63,539 bases of DNA, filler included, from Phoronis australis (GCA_002633005.1; 11 parts of 11 records of this genome joined end to end with filler, not necessarily neighbours in it), one strand, 5' to 3'; positions 51,001 through 63,539 are shown, counted from the whole stretch's first letter. The notes: generated from the sequence alone by a model not told the origin. Made by a program: numbers and translations.

Positions 51001-53049
51001 GCTAGCAGCACTTCGTGAGAAATTCAGCCAACGAAAGCATATAATAGGAATTTTGTCTGTGCAATGACTTATATGGCCGTTTAAGCAATGCGTCGGTCAC
51101 AGGTTCACATTGCCAAGTTTATGTTAGCAATATTTTGAAACCTCGTTAGCATTTAAAAATTCAAATTTTATTCTGAAAATTTCCCGGCTTCCATAAAGCC
51201 AGCTTGCTTTTGTTTACATACGGCTAAATCAAAATCAATGTCTATATTCGAGAGTTGACTATATTACCGTCTAAAATAAATTATTTTTGGTCGCTTACTA
51301 AATGCCAACTGAATCTCATATGCAAAGAGTTATTTAGTTGTGCAAATTAAGAAAGAATCATCAAAATAGGACAATGTTTGAGAAATTTATGTATGATTTT
51401 GTCCATAAATTTCATGCATTTTGAGCGTTACGAGAGGCCATTTAAAAAATTACAATTTTCAACTGTTAACAGTAGAAAAGAAATTTATTTATTAAGTAAG
51501 CAATTGATTAGATATGACTGGGAATAACTTGAGTCACTTTCAGAATCACTTAGATGAAGTTGTGCTTAATCATTGAGAAATGGTAGGGTTCATCATAAAA
51601 CAGGCACTCGTTTCGAAATATGTAAATTTTGTGTTTCTAACCATGACCTACTGTAAGGAAGGTTAAAACTAAAAGTTCATACTCTGTAATAAACTTCAGA
51701 ATATATTAGCCAAGGCAAGACAGCAAATTACTCAATATCTAAACAAACCAAAGGTTTGGATATATTGACTGGGTTCTGCTATGTTGAAAATGGGCCAAAA
51801 TGGCTAACAAAATGTAGTGTACCTACCCCCATGTGGAATTCAGTAACACAAATGGCCATTGCAAATGAAATTTTTGCATTTTAAAGAACAACATGGAGCT
51901 TATTATCACCAAAGAAAAATAAATGGCCATACAACATTATGTTATCGTGTAATGCAGACACAGTCATGTAGTGCACGTATCCCCTTTTGTAGTGTACGTA
52001 CGCCCACGTTTAAAAATGCCATGAAATTAAAATATCACTTGGTTAGTGAACAATATTGGTCATAGACAGTTTCCTTAAGAATGTTAGGTTAAATGGGTGT
52101 TTATTACAAATACAGTTGTTTTGAGTGAAATATTAGCATTTATGTAGTCTACGTTCCTCTATATTTTAATTTGTGCCTATTTTCAAATGCACATGAATGC
52201 TGCGCTTTTTAGTTTTTCTCTTTAAATGGATTTAGTAAATCAACTAACTCTCAGTAGATTCTTAGTATTTAGTTACACACCTGACATGTCATTGAAATGT
52301 AGTGTACGTACCCCAATGTGAACAAATACATGTACCATGAAACAAAAATATTACACAGTAAGTAAGAAACATCTGTCACAGACAGTTTCCTCCATTACAA
52401 ATGCTAGGTTAAAAGGGTGCTTATTACAAATACCTGTGCGCTTGTTTTTAGTGAAATATTAGCATTTGTGTAGTGTATGTATTCCTATATTTTAATACGT
52501 GTCTGTTTTCAAATAATGACAGAGAGATATCACATGTATGCTGTACTTTGGTAAATTCTAAGTACTTTTTATAAACCTGACAAGTCATTGAAATGTTGTG
52601 TACAAACCCGTGTAGTGTACGTACATATACATGTACCTTTAGCCTCTGTGCTGTAAATTATTGCCCACAAGCATTTTTGCACACTGCTATTCTCATGAAC
52701 AATACCGATATTTCCAAAATGTATCCAGTATGACAAAAAATGGACATTATCAAATTTGTGGGCAATAAAATGCCACACAGCACTTGGCTAGAAACATCCT
52801 AAAAGACAAGTCATGTGACAAATTATGTTGCAGAGGCATGTTCTCTATCTCTCAAGACAACTTGCAACAAACCAAAAAGTAGAGGCAGCACAACACTGGA
52901 AACCATCTCATCATCTCATACATTTGTAACTTAGTCAAAAATTGACGTTGATTGACTGTGCGTAGTGTACGTGTTAAGGAATACAATTGTAGCAGTGTAA
53001 ATAACACGCAACATACTGTACAATCAAGTCTCAATCGTAACATATGGAA

Positions 53050-53205
53050 CTGGGTTCAGTTGCATAAAGCTTTCAAAGTTATCCGCTGCATAAGTTCGAG
53101 TGTTGCACGACGTCAGGTGCATTGTTCAACAATAACAACGTGACGCGTGATAATGCGTCGTTATTGTTGCTATACGGCGTATAACTTTCATGCAACTGGG
53201 CCCAG
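53050..53205. mobile_element. Short MITE (PIF/Harbinger-like)
   Basis: Inverted ends CTGGGTTCAGTTGCATAAAG / CTTTCATGCAACTGGGCCCAG. Confidence 0.6.
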
Positions 53206-53936
53206 GACTGTTAATTATATGACATTCTGTCTCAGATTTCATTTGCTAAATATTATATCGTCTGCAACTCAAGCGCCGATTCCTCGGTAACTAAAATATC
53301 TAATATTGTTGTTATTTAACTATTTTCAAGAGATGTTACAAGTTCAGTGCAAAGTTATCTTTATTTTCATCTCTGTTATCTCTGTTCAAGAAATAAATCG
53401 TTACATTTAAAAATGTTTCTTTTACTAGAGAAAACCTGCAACTTAACGCGCAAGTTAATACATCTAGGATGTATGCCACGCGAACAGTCTGAGTTAAGTA
53501 TTTAAAAAATCTGCAGAATAATATCTCTTGGGACATTACTTCATGTACGCCACTCTCGGCACGTTTTGTATATTTATTATGTCGGTAACTAGCACGTGTG
53601 CTACTGTTTTATTGTATTTTCATAAACTTCTACTTACTTACTTTACATTTTTATCGCGCGGCGCGCTACATGACATCGTGGATTTGATCTTTGTTGCATC
53701 ATTGCTCGCAATGTGTTTGTCTTCAGAAACAACTCGTTAAGCTGAGCACTTTCTAACAAATTGTTGGTCAATCTGGGAGAGAAAAACATATTAAGTTCAG
53801 TGCCAATTCGTTCCAAGGAAACCCGTTTGTTTGTTAACGCTCCGTGAATATGTATTTCACGTTGCAGTAAAAAGACATGCCCTTTTTGTAACCAGTTAAA
53901 TTATTCTTTCGAAAATATCGCGCTAATATTCCAATA

Positions 53937-54513
53937 ATGGCCTATCACAGAATGTTTAGAAGTCTAGTAATGCCGGCTTTATCATCTGAAGAAAGACTGT
54001 GTAGAGATCACAAGCAAAGTAACAACTCGGCTCGTGTTCAACGCAAGGATATCCACGACAGAGTTTATTCGTCAAGACGAAGATCAAGATCATCGAGAAG
54101 GAGACGAATTTTATCGAGCTCTAGAAGCAGAAGTCTGTCATCACAAAGAAGTCGAGCGCCTTTCAAGAAGAAAAAGAAAAAGAAAGGAAAACGTGGTAAA
54201 AAGGGTAAGAAGAAAAAGAGAAAGAAAAAGGGAGGAAAGGAAAAGAAAAAAAAGAGAAAAAGGCGGGAAAAGAAATTAATGAAGAAAGTAAAACGCAATA
54301 TGAAAGAATCGAACAAACGACCACCAACATTTAAGGAGCACGCAGCAACACTGCCAGTAGAGGTTTTGCAACAACAGATAAAAGAAATGATTGATGCAAA
54401 AGACCGTATATCCTTGCTGGAAAGCAGTTTACAAGAGGCTACGCGAGCTCGTCTAAAGCGACTGAAACCAAGTATGAAACCTCCAAGAGCTCGCGTTTTT
54501 CTGTGTGACCGAG
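53937..54513 (+). CDS. Arg/Ser- and Lys-rich basic protein C, main exon
   Basis: SSRRRSRSSRRRR...SRSRS, a 37-residue block with 30 K/R, then coiled-coil LQQQIKEMIDAKDRISLLESSLQE; phase-1 donor GAG/gtaact at 54514 (unspliced ORF runs to 54545). Confidence 0.7.
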
Positions 54514-55319
54514 GTAACTATGTTATTTTTTTCTCTTCGTTGTGATGTTTTTTACTTAAAAAAATAACATATATACAGATGTACAGGTGCAATGACTAAT
54601 ACAATTGAAGAAGTAGTGAAGAAAGGACGATGTGTCCAAAACTGACACAAAAGACCTCCAACGCACAGGCGCTTGATTTTATCTGCTACTAGATCACGAC
54701 AGCGTTTGCGCGCGAAAGCTCCTTCTTTTTGTGATGCTTATTACACGTTTTATATTTTGTGCATCAGTTCGGAACAAATTTCTTGTATTTAAAATAGTTT
54801 TCGATTGCCCAAAAGACCAAATCCGTTTTTTGTTTTGGCAAAAATGACGCGATTGCTTTGGAAATCGTCTTAAGTTAAGATTTGACAAAGTGAGAATTAT
54901 GAGTTTCTGAGTGATTCACTAAGGCTTCGATTAAAATTGACATCTTACCAGCAGCTTCTGTTTTTTCATCATCACTAAGATTCCACTTTCTTTAAAATAT
55001 GAAGCAATTTTCTTCATTGCTCAGTGGAGCAGACGACGGAAACGGAGTCGTAATGCTCAGCGCCACTGCCGGTTGCTTGGGATATTGCCGGAGAGCCTAT
55101 ACTTAGTCATAGTCCCGTTACGATTGCGCCGTGTTCCGAATTTGACACTTGAAATTAGACCCCTCCCCCCCCGCCCCCTAAAACTGCACACATTTAGATC
55201 TTGTTTCAGCCGTATAANTGCCCCCCCCCCCTAAATCCGCCTATGTGAATGAAGTTAAACTCTGGTTATGACAAAAAACGTTGTTTATGAATTGAAGTTC
55301 CTGGGCTGCTGGCTACTAG

Positions 55320-55938
55320 CGCTGGCCTACTGCAAAATCCGGCAATTGCCGATAGGTGATTCACCGCGACTCAACAGGATGTAAATCATCGAAAATCTCC
55401 GCCAAAACCCGAGCTTTCGTTGTGCTTCAACAAAGGAGAGCACAAAATGTCAAGATCAAACACAAGATACGCCCGTTCTCGAAATTGAATTATAGGTTAA
55501 GTGATAAAATGAGCTATAAGGGGAAGCACATTAAACAGAAATGAAAGGATTTTTTAGTAACCTCAATCATTTGAATTGGGGATAAATTTCTTGACTTTTA
55601 TTTAGGGGTTGGTTGCTCAAACTCAAAATTTTATCTTTGACAGGCGTATAAGTTAAAGCACAACTGGATCCGCCATGTTAAATATTTTGGGTCCTTGAAT
55701 TCAGAGTTTTGAGATTGTTTTGAAAATTTCGTCGCTAATTCACCACGCACAGGGATAATTTAATGAGATCAAGGAAAGATAAGGCTTCGGAGATTTATGC
55801 AATACCAGCCTGAGGGAAATGCACGCAGATTTTATTTGCATTTGGGACAGTTGAAGTTGGGAGCCTCGACTCGTCAGAGTTTTATAGTGTCCAACCTTTA
55901 TGTTTCTTATGATTATGAGTCTTCGGGAAGTTCGAGTG
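55320..55938 (+). repeat. About 600-bp interspersed repeat, copy 2
   Basis: Colinear with 42090-42690. Confidence 0.85.
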
Positions 55939-56699
55939 AATAATTAAATCCAGTTATTAATTTATTATATGATAAGCCCTAATTAGACAAGTGAAACCTG
56001 TTGTTAATTAAGTAATCAATTACAATTACTACGCTATAGCGCCCTCTTTAAAGATTACTTCAATCAATCAACCAAAATAATCAAATGTTATATCTCATCC
56101 AAGCTAGGACTCTCTACTTGTTGGATGACTGTCCTGTATACCGACAGTCTACTTGCTGGTCACCGTCTCTGGTGATACAATACTTGCAGGCAATTTCTTC
56201 TACCCGCGATTCTTCTTGCTACCCAGTCTCTGGCTGGTGACGCAACACTTCAGGTAGTATGTTACTACCCACGATGCAAGTGACAAGCTCTTAGTTAACT
56301 TCCTGTCCGTTAACTCTTGCCCTTGCCAAGATCCTTTCTAGAATCTTCCACGAGATGGCTCTGTCGTACAATTTCCTCTGTACACTGTAGCAAGTCTTTA
56401 TGCTTCAACTGCTATAGCGCATCTGAATATCTTGTTGATTTTAGCCCATATTATAATAATCTACTTATTTAGTGATTGGCTAATAAAAACCACATAATCT
56501 TATCTAATCATATCATTTGTTCTCAGAATTTTTTAGAATCTCTAGAGTGCTTTGACCTCAGAACCTAAAGTTGTAAACACCATTTAAAAATAGATTTTGA
56601 CGTTAAAGTACATGTCAACAAGTTTGACCCCATGATTTAAAAATACTTATGCACAAATTCTGGGCAAGTTAAAATGGATCTATTCTTACTAATTACTTA

Positions 56700-57960
56700 T
56701 TTCAATATTTATTCTGACATTGATCTTCTTCAATCCAACCATAGCGTAGTCTCGAATGATGACTTTACGGCTCACATGATCAACCTTGCCATTCCAACCA
56801 AACCTAAAAAACATTTTCCAACTGTTTCAAAGTAGACTAAGCGAAAAAGATGCACCAGTTGTAGTATTATTAAAGTTTTTAAAACTGTCAGCCAACAAAG
56901 TACACTCAACAGGCTTTCAGTATATGAAATTGTTTTTTTAATATTGGCAACTTTCTCAGTATAATTTAACTCAACCATATTTTTCAAACTGCGTGTAAAA
57001 GCTGTGTCCATGTGTTTTTGAAACAATAATTTTTCAGAGCCATCAAGGAGTATATCAGTATCATCAGCATATTGTAACAGTTTACATTCCTTATTTTTAA
57101 AAAAACTTTTCCTTTGCAAAATGATTTTTCTGAACAACATACTTAAAATCTCTGGACATAATAGAAACAAGTAAGCAGAGTGAGGGTCTGCCTGTCTACA
57201 GCCACGGCCAATTGGAAAGAATTCAGAATTAATGCACCGCAGTCCCCCATTTATTTCAGTGCTCAGCCGCCCATGAATACCTTGTTTTACAACACAAAGC
57301 TTTGAGTTTTCAAATATTTTAATCCACTTCCTAGTGTTTTCACTAAAGTTAAAAAAGTTAATGTTTTCTGAAAAAAACACCAGAGACTCAATTGAATGCT
57401 TTTTCAAAATCGATTAGAAGTAATAATCCAGGGATATCTTACTCAATAGTACACTGCACTATATCGTACAACATACGTGTATCTTCCCCCAATAAAGCGT
57501 CCAGCCAAAAAGCACTTTTGATACACGTGAATTAGTTCGATCAAAAATAATAACACAAGAAAAAATTAACACGTGCTCAGTAACGAAAGAAGTCTCCAAT
57601 TTTTGGCTGAACACGGGGTTTATCTTTTTGGAATAATAACAATTATTCCTCGACTTTGTGACTCAGTGAACTTGCCGTTCAAACTATGTGTCAGTGCTAT
57701 TTAAATAAAAGTCTCAATATTCTTGCAGAAAAACTTTAAATATTCAGGTGTAAATCGGTCAGACCCCGGGGGGGGATTTCTCATTTTTTATATTTTTCAA
57801 AACTTCTGTTACTTCTTCCTTACTTATTTTATGTCAAAAATCAGTTTATGTCTGATAACTTAGAAACGACAGTTACATCTATTAAGTCGTCAAGGTTTTT
57901 AACATCAAGTTCTACATCTCTAGATTTATAAAAATCAAAGTGTTTCGAGAATATCAGGCT
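56700..57960 (-). mobile_element. Degraded L1/Tx1-clade LINE reverse transcriptase
   Basis: ORF 56772-57407: FPIGRGCRQADPHSAYLFLLCPEILS...LLQYADDTDILL (RT motifs including YADD); upstream frames broken. Confidence 0.88.
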
Positions 57961-58100
57961 CGTCACTTACTGTGTGACCGTTATTGTCACATAAAATATT
58001 TGTATTCTTTTGAACAAAATTTTAGTTCAAACGAACAGAAATATTTTGTGGGTTTTTCTCCCTTGTCAATGAAACGAGCATGGGAACGTACAACAGCAAT

Positions 58101-58385
58101 GGGGCTATTCGGAAATCTACAATAACTAGAGGGCGTGCGTGTACTAGTGGTGATAGATTAACAGCCTCGATTTCGCGAGCCCTTTAAATACATGGTGAAA
58201 TGGCTTGCAGCCGTGCCAACTGAATCTGAGATTGCGTAAAAAGGGTGCTTCTATGAGAGGAAGTAAGCACGACCTCATACAAAGGTAAGGTTTGTGATTA
58301 TTTTTACGATTATTCCATGATTATTCTACCGATGCTTGTTAACTGAGGCACTCGCCGATGTCGACTTCGCGGCAGTCAGTCGCCA
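58101..58385 (+). mobile_element. Degenerate DNA transposon (ISL2EU-like), copy 3 terminus
   Basis: caAT-GGGGCTATTCGGAAA start; near-identical reverse complement of 16220-16457 and similar to 33740-34017; cut by the contig edge. Confidence 0.65.
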
Positions 58386-58485
58386 NNNNNNNNNNNNNNN
58401 NNNNNNNNNNNNNNNNNNNNNNNNNNNNNTTAATTAATTAANNNNNNNNNNNNNNNNNNNNNNNNNNNNNNNNNNNNNNNNNNNN
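58386..58485. other. Artificial contig linker
   Basis: N44-TTAATTAATTAA-N44. Confidence 0.98.
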
Positions 58486-58748
58486 ATTACTTTGGACAGC
58501 ATTAGCGACCCCTACAGGTAGCGGACACGTTGTCTGTGGGGTTGTACTTGGTGCCTCTGTGGTTGTTGCAAACACGGTGGAAAGCATAGTTGATGTTGTC
58601 ATTTGTGTAGTTGCTGCTTGACTGGACGTGTCTCCGTTCGTTGTCGTTGTGACTGATGTTGTTACTTGTTGCGTAGTTGCTGCTTCGCTGGACGTGCCTC
58701 CGTTCGTAGTCGTCGTGGTTGCTTCCGATGTTTGGTTGTTGCCAAATA
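58486..58748 (-). CDS. Secreted or cell-surface Thr-rich (mucin-like) protein, exon 2 (truncated)
   Basis: gtgtag acceptor, FGNNQTSEATTTTTNGGTSSEAATTQQVTT...TTPQTTCPLPVGVANA; internal duplicated TTTTNG.TSS.AATTQ; CPLP...N may begin a Sushi/CCP domain. Confidence 0.7.
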
Positions 58749-60949
58749 CTACACGTACGTCAGAAAGCAAAGAAGACATTGGCTACGAAAAAAAGAGTTC
58801 CAAAACATGGAAACGATTTAAAATCGCTTCTCAATGCACTACCCATGCAGATCAATCCATCATATATCAATTTGCACACCGAAAACTACTACAGCCTCTA
58901 TCTTCGCCAGTGTGTCACACATGATAGCATACGTGTACACTCGTAGTTTTAGTAATAAGCTAGCGTTTTCATTACAAAAATTATACCTTGTTGACATTGT
59001 TTTCCATGCGACTAATCAAGAAATGGCCTCAGTTACATCTGCCGATTTCGTATTTAGTTTGTTTTGAGTTCAGAATTTCTAAAAACTAGTAATTGAACGC
59101 TTAGGCCCCTATCTGTGTCATTTTAAGTAAAATATTGAAGTTTACCATATAATTACCTTCAAACGACATAACAGTGGTTATTCAACTCTGATTAAAATTT
59201 TATCACCAAATTTACTAAGCCTGGCGGAAATTTTCCGCGTGATCTCCTACGTCACAAGAAGCCAACAATGGCTCAAATGATAGTGTTTTACTGTAGCACT
59301 GAGTTAGTTATTCAATAGCGAATGAGTAAAAATACATTCCTCGGGACGCCGGCGATCAGGTCTGTGTTCTTCAACTTTATCCGATGTTGGCCCAATTAAG
59401 CAAACGTTTTAGGTTGTAAAAAGTCACATTTTTTCCAATTTTCAAAATTCAAAAAATTTATCCCGTGTGCTTTTTGCGAACTCTTCAAATACGCTATTTA
59501 CAAACTTTCAAAATGAACATTTGAATACACCATTGTCGTCCCCAATGTGTTTATGATGGTCTTGTACTTTAGAGAAAGATAACTTCAGCAGCCTGAAGCG
59601 ATTCAATTAACCACAACAGCATTGTGTCTTTGATCTAAACCGGCAGATTCTGAGGTGTGGCCGAGTTGCCCAGTCTGGACCGGTTAGGGTGTTTACGTAG
59701 GATTCTTTCCTAGAAGCGCTAAAAGCCAATGATCCAAATAGCTGAGAATTTTTTGAATTCGTTTAAACGATATTTAACTGATATAATCCGACCTCAAATT
59801 CCATTACATCGCCCAAATTATTGGAAGCCAAAAAAGCTGAGAATCGGCAACTTTCAATAAAATTACAAAAATAACCGTCTTTTATGTTTTATACTTTTAA
59901 AAACCCTAGAATCATTTAACAATACCCACAAAAATGTATTTCGCTACCCTAAAACGGATTGTTCTTTTAAGGAAAAAAATTGTCCAAGAATATGGACATA
60001 TGGCATTGTTGTAGATATCAGTAATGCTGTTTCATCTTCTGGAAATTACACTACATACATGAGCTTAGGTCTGCACTGGACTATTTCCAGTTTTTAAAAG
60101 AAAATTAAATTATCTTTCTATTGTAAGATATTTCGCGTCACTATAATTACATAAGCGTATATAGTGATAAAAACCCCTTAACAAGCAATTCACTACTTCT
60201 TTGGTGGCGCTACAAAAATGATTCTTGTGCAGTGCTGTTTAGGACACAATGCCTCGTTTCAGAACAACGCAAATGTGAAATCGTGCGTGTTGCAAACAAT
60301 AGGCATAACCATTTGTGGTTTGGAAATAACATCTCGTTCTCAAGCGTAATGACAGAGATTAGAGTAATGCATAAAATGACAAGCCGTGAAAAGTTAAATT
60401 ATAAAACCCGAGTCCGCAGCATAATGTCTGTACTCGAAATCAAGTCGATGTTAATTTGACATTTACCGTTCTACTTTTATACTGTGTATGCTATCGGTTT
60501 CGCTAACGAGTTCCAGTTCAAGTTGGCATTTGATGACGCTTAGGTTGAGTCAAAAACTCGAGTAACAACCTGAGATTTCGAGTAGAAACTCGAAATTTCG
60601 AGTTCAGACTCAAACTTAGAGCGTTAATATTGGGGCCACCAAGAGCAAGTCAGAATCAAATAGTCATCCGAGTACTGAAGCACAGAATGATAGACGTTTA
60701 TCTTTGAACGGAAAATGTCGAAATGAGTTTCAATTAGACCCTGGTGTCAAGCGAGAGCGAACTTTTAGTTCTTTCCAAGCCAAATCGGCTCTAATGTGGC
60801 TGAAGATCAACTTGAGATCAATTTCATATCGATTAGTGATCTAAATTAAAACATATTTTAAGTGATGGACGATGAATTTAAATCAGCTGTAAAGGAGAAT
60901 ATAACAAACATGAACTCTGTTATTGACAGGTAATGTAAATCTTTCTTAC

Positions 60950-61013
60950 CTTTGAGCGATGGAAAACTACCGAGTACTAAACATAAGAACACTGTTTTAA
61001 CATAACTGACCAT
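60950..61013 (-). CDS. Signal-peptide exon 1 of the Thr-rich protein
   Basis: MVSYVKTVFLCLVLGSFPSLK plus AAAG/gtaaga phase-1 donor, compatible with the exon starting at 58748 (…SLKVFG-NNQT). Confidence 0.65.
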
Positions 61014-61286
61014 TTCCCGGCGATTTCGCGCTGTCCGATACCGTTCCCAGCAGAGCGCTCATGCTACTACGCAATGTCGCTTGCAAGGGGTGCCGCGATA
61101 GCATGGGGTCGGAACGAGGCTACGATACGACTGTGACAATGTGCAGTGAAGTCTTATTATAATCTCTACCCAAAGAATTCCTGCTGGCCCTCTTGGACGA
61201 GTCCAAGATCGACAGAATGGCTACGATAGAAGTGAAGCCGGATTAGTTTTAGCTACAACGTTACTTTGCTATTTTGACCAAAAAAC

Positions 61287-61386
61287 NNNNNNNNNNNNNN
61301 NNNNNNNNNNNNNNNNNNNNNNNNNNNNNNTTAATTAATTAANNNNNNNNNNNNNNNNNNNNNNNNNNNNNNNNNNNNNNNNNNNN
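61287..61386. other. Artificial contig linker
   Basis: N44-TTAATTAATTAA-N44. Confidence 0.98.
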
Positions 61387-62888
61387 TAACACACCGAGCT
61401 CTGGTATTAGTATAGAAAATAGCATAACTTAAATTTTAATATGAACCCGGCAGTTTTTTTTTTAATTATCTCTTCGTTCTTTTTTTAATTATCTCTTCGT
61501 TCTTATTTTGGGGAGAAAATTAGGAATTCCTATTTTGGGATACCCTAATGTTTAAATGAAACATTTCACAGTAATTCTTATTGAGTACCTGATCAGCCAT
61601 TTGTCCGAAGTTGGCCAAATTCTCACTCTAGTCTAGGATTCTTTACCAACCTTTAAATAACTGCTGAACAGACATTAGGTGAACCAAAAAAAAAACCCTA
61701 AGACACAACGGGCTGAAACTTTCTTACATATATGAGCACAAAAATGGTGACAGCTTGTTATAGTGACAATAAGTACAACAAACTTCATGAGACTTAGAGA
61801 TTTAATTCCATAAAAAGCTAAAAAGTATGGGATTGAAGAGTGAAATATCAAATAAGCAGCTGAAGGTGAAATCAACACTGTGGTGTTCAGGGGAGGGATT
61901 TAAGACATCTCCGCCTTATTGAAGAGGGATCAAATTAGCATTCCACAGATGCTTTGAGCAATATTTTAGCCTCACAACTTCACCCATTCGATAGCAGCAG
62001 GCTTCGTCTATGTCTAGCCATGCCAATTCGAACTGAACCCTTCAAAAGCCTCAATAACTGCTTTGTCAGAATCTGGTCAAACCCTAATAGCCAGGAAGAC
62101 AAAATTCACAAAAATTGAATACAACATATACTATTTTTACGAAGTTTCAAAAACACCTGTTCAAATTTGTTAAGGTTCCAGCCTTCTGATATTGCAATTT
62201 TTTGGTTCTCCTGAACTATGCTGAAAACTTACTGTCAACACACATAACATTTATACTAAAACTCAAATGAAAACAACAGAATACTGATAAAAATAACACA
62301 TGGCAAGCCCGCAACTGGTCAACAACAAAAAATGCGGACCAGACAAAAATGAATAAACCAAGCATGCAGGCATTGCTTGGATGATTAACGGCTGACAACT
62401 GGTGAAAATGACAAACATAGATTTTTGATTAAGTAGGTTTGATTACATGGCACCATACAACAGTTAGTCAACAAAAGTTGCCAACTTCTTTTTCAACCAA
62501 AGGTGAAAAGAAAGTAATTCAGTGCACTAGAAACAGCGCACTAGAACCCATGGTCTGTTTTTAATTTTAACAAGCATGTTCATTGATTCAGATCATATAA
62601 GGCTGCGTTCTACCAATAGCGGATTTGCAGCGCAGACAAACTACGCATTGCGCATGTGCGAGTTACTTCCTTCGCGAAGGCTCATGGGATAGCTTGTGGT
62701 CAGGCATGTCTTGAGCAGGCTGGATAGTGTGTGCATTTGGAGTGATTTGCAAATTAAAAACCATGTTTCATTTTTTGCTTTATAATACCAAGCAAGTCTT
62801 CTCTCTCGTTTGTAAACACAGCGTAGCTATGATCAGTGACCGTGTGACCGAGAGCACGACTGTCGCCGTGTTCAGTATTGGGGTTATC

Positions 62889-63142
62889 GGCGTTGACTTT
62901 CGAAATCTCCTCCTATTTCAGACAAGTTGAGAGTTCTTGGGTTGCTTAACTTTTGTAGCTTTCGTCGTGGATATGCTAGAGACGTTAATTTTAAGTGGAA
63001 ACTCCGTCGGAATGTAGGCGTTGATTTCGAAATCTCCTCCTATTTCAGACAAGTTGAGAGTTCTTGGGTTGCTTAACTTTTGTAGCTTTCGTTGTGGATA
63101 TGCTAGAGACGTTAATTTTAAGTGGAAACTCCGTCGGAATGT
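62889..63142. repeat. About 128-bp near-perfect tandem duplication
   Basis: GGCGTTGA...AAACTCCGTCGGAATGT at 62889 and 63017. Confidence 0.92.
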
Positions 63143-63539
63143 TGTTCTCATAAGTCTTTTTTCCACCAGGAAAATGTTCGCTGCATACACGATGGCCCCT
63201 AGGCAATTACATCGCACTGGATGCCGCAGGCATTCAGGGGCGATAGTACATCCTCACAAAAAGTTACTCATTTCAAAATACAGCAAATAAAATCAAATGA
63301 ACCCGGCATACATATAGGAACACGGAGTTATAATTAACACATACCACGACTCTGGATACAATTTAGTCAGCAGAACTTGAACGAATCGATGAAAATCTGT
63401 CGCGGTTTGTTCGAGTTTCTCTCAGTCACGGTTACCGGGTGCCATTTTGAGGGCGTTACGTGGAATTACGCATGTTGACGAATAAAAAGTCCAAAGGACA
63501 CACATCTTACAAGTTTCACCCGATACCCGCTTCTCATGC

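Noticed and set aside
51810-52640. Recurring TGTAGTGTACGTAC motif as a regulatory array
   Set aside because: Irregular spacing inside a locally duplicated degenerate repeat; no evidence of function.
37502-54316. Hydrophobic Phe/Leu-rich minus-strand ORFs (37502-37933, 46318-46791, 54065-54316) as membrane proteins
   Set aside because: They are antisense shadows of Lys/Arg-rich sense ORFs.
2556-61386. Recurring TTAATTAATTAA as a biological motif
   Set aside because: Always centred in an identical 100-bp N block; it is an assembly linker.
62889-63142. Tandem duplication as a coding repeat
   Set aside because: The period is not a multiple of three and overlapping ORFs have no recognisable features; could also be an assembly artefact.

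Overview
This is not prokaryotic DNA. The window is AT-rich, repeat-rich, intron-containing animal (invertebrate-like) genomic sequence made of 11 contigs joined by ten identical artificial 100-bp linkers (N44-TTAATTAATTAA-N44, stops in all six frames), so adjacency across linkers means nothing. Most ORFs in the six-frame track are spurious. Host genes read directly from GT-AG exon structure: a complete 3-exon MRPL32 (-) head-to-head with PSMA2 exons 1-4 (+), with 315 bp between the start codons; three pyruvate carboxylase exons; a secreted Thr-rich protein (2 exons); and the last exon of a single-pass membrane protein. The most unusual element is a same-strand cluster of three highly basic Lys/Arg/Ser-rich genes (37.4-54.5 kb) sharing short motifs, a candidate unannotated family of protamine-like/nuclear basic proteins. 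The rest is mostly transposon relics: CR1/L2-, RTE-X- and L1/Tx1-like LINEs, a Penelope endonuclease, a Copia integrase, MITEs with recognisable target-site duplications (TSDs), a probable ISL2EU-like family in three copies, and a decayed transposase-like gene carrying a YqaJ exonuclease motif. All family assignments come from motif recognition by eye, not database searches.
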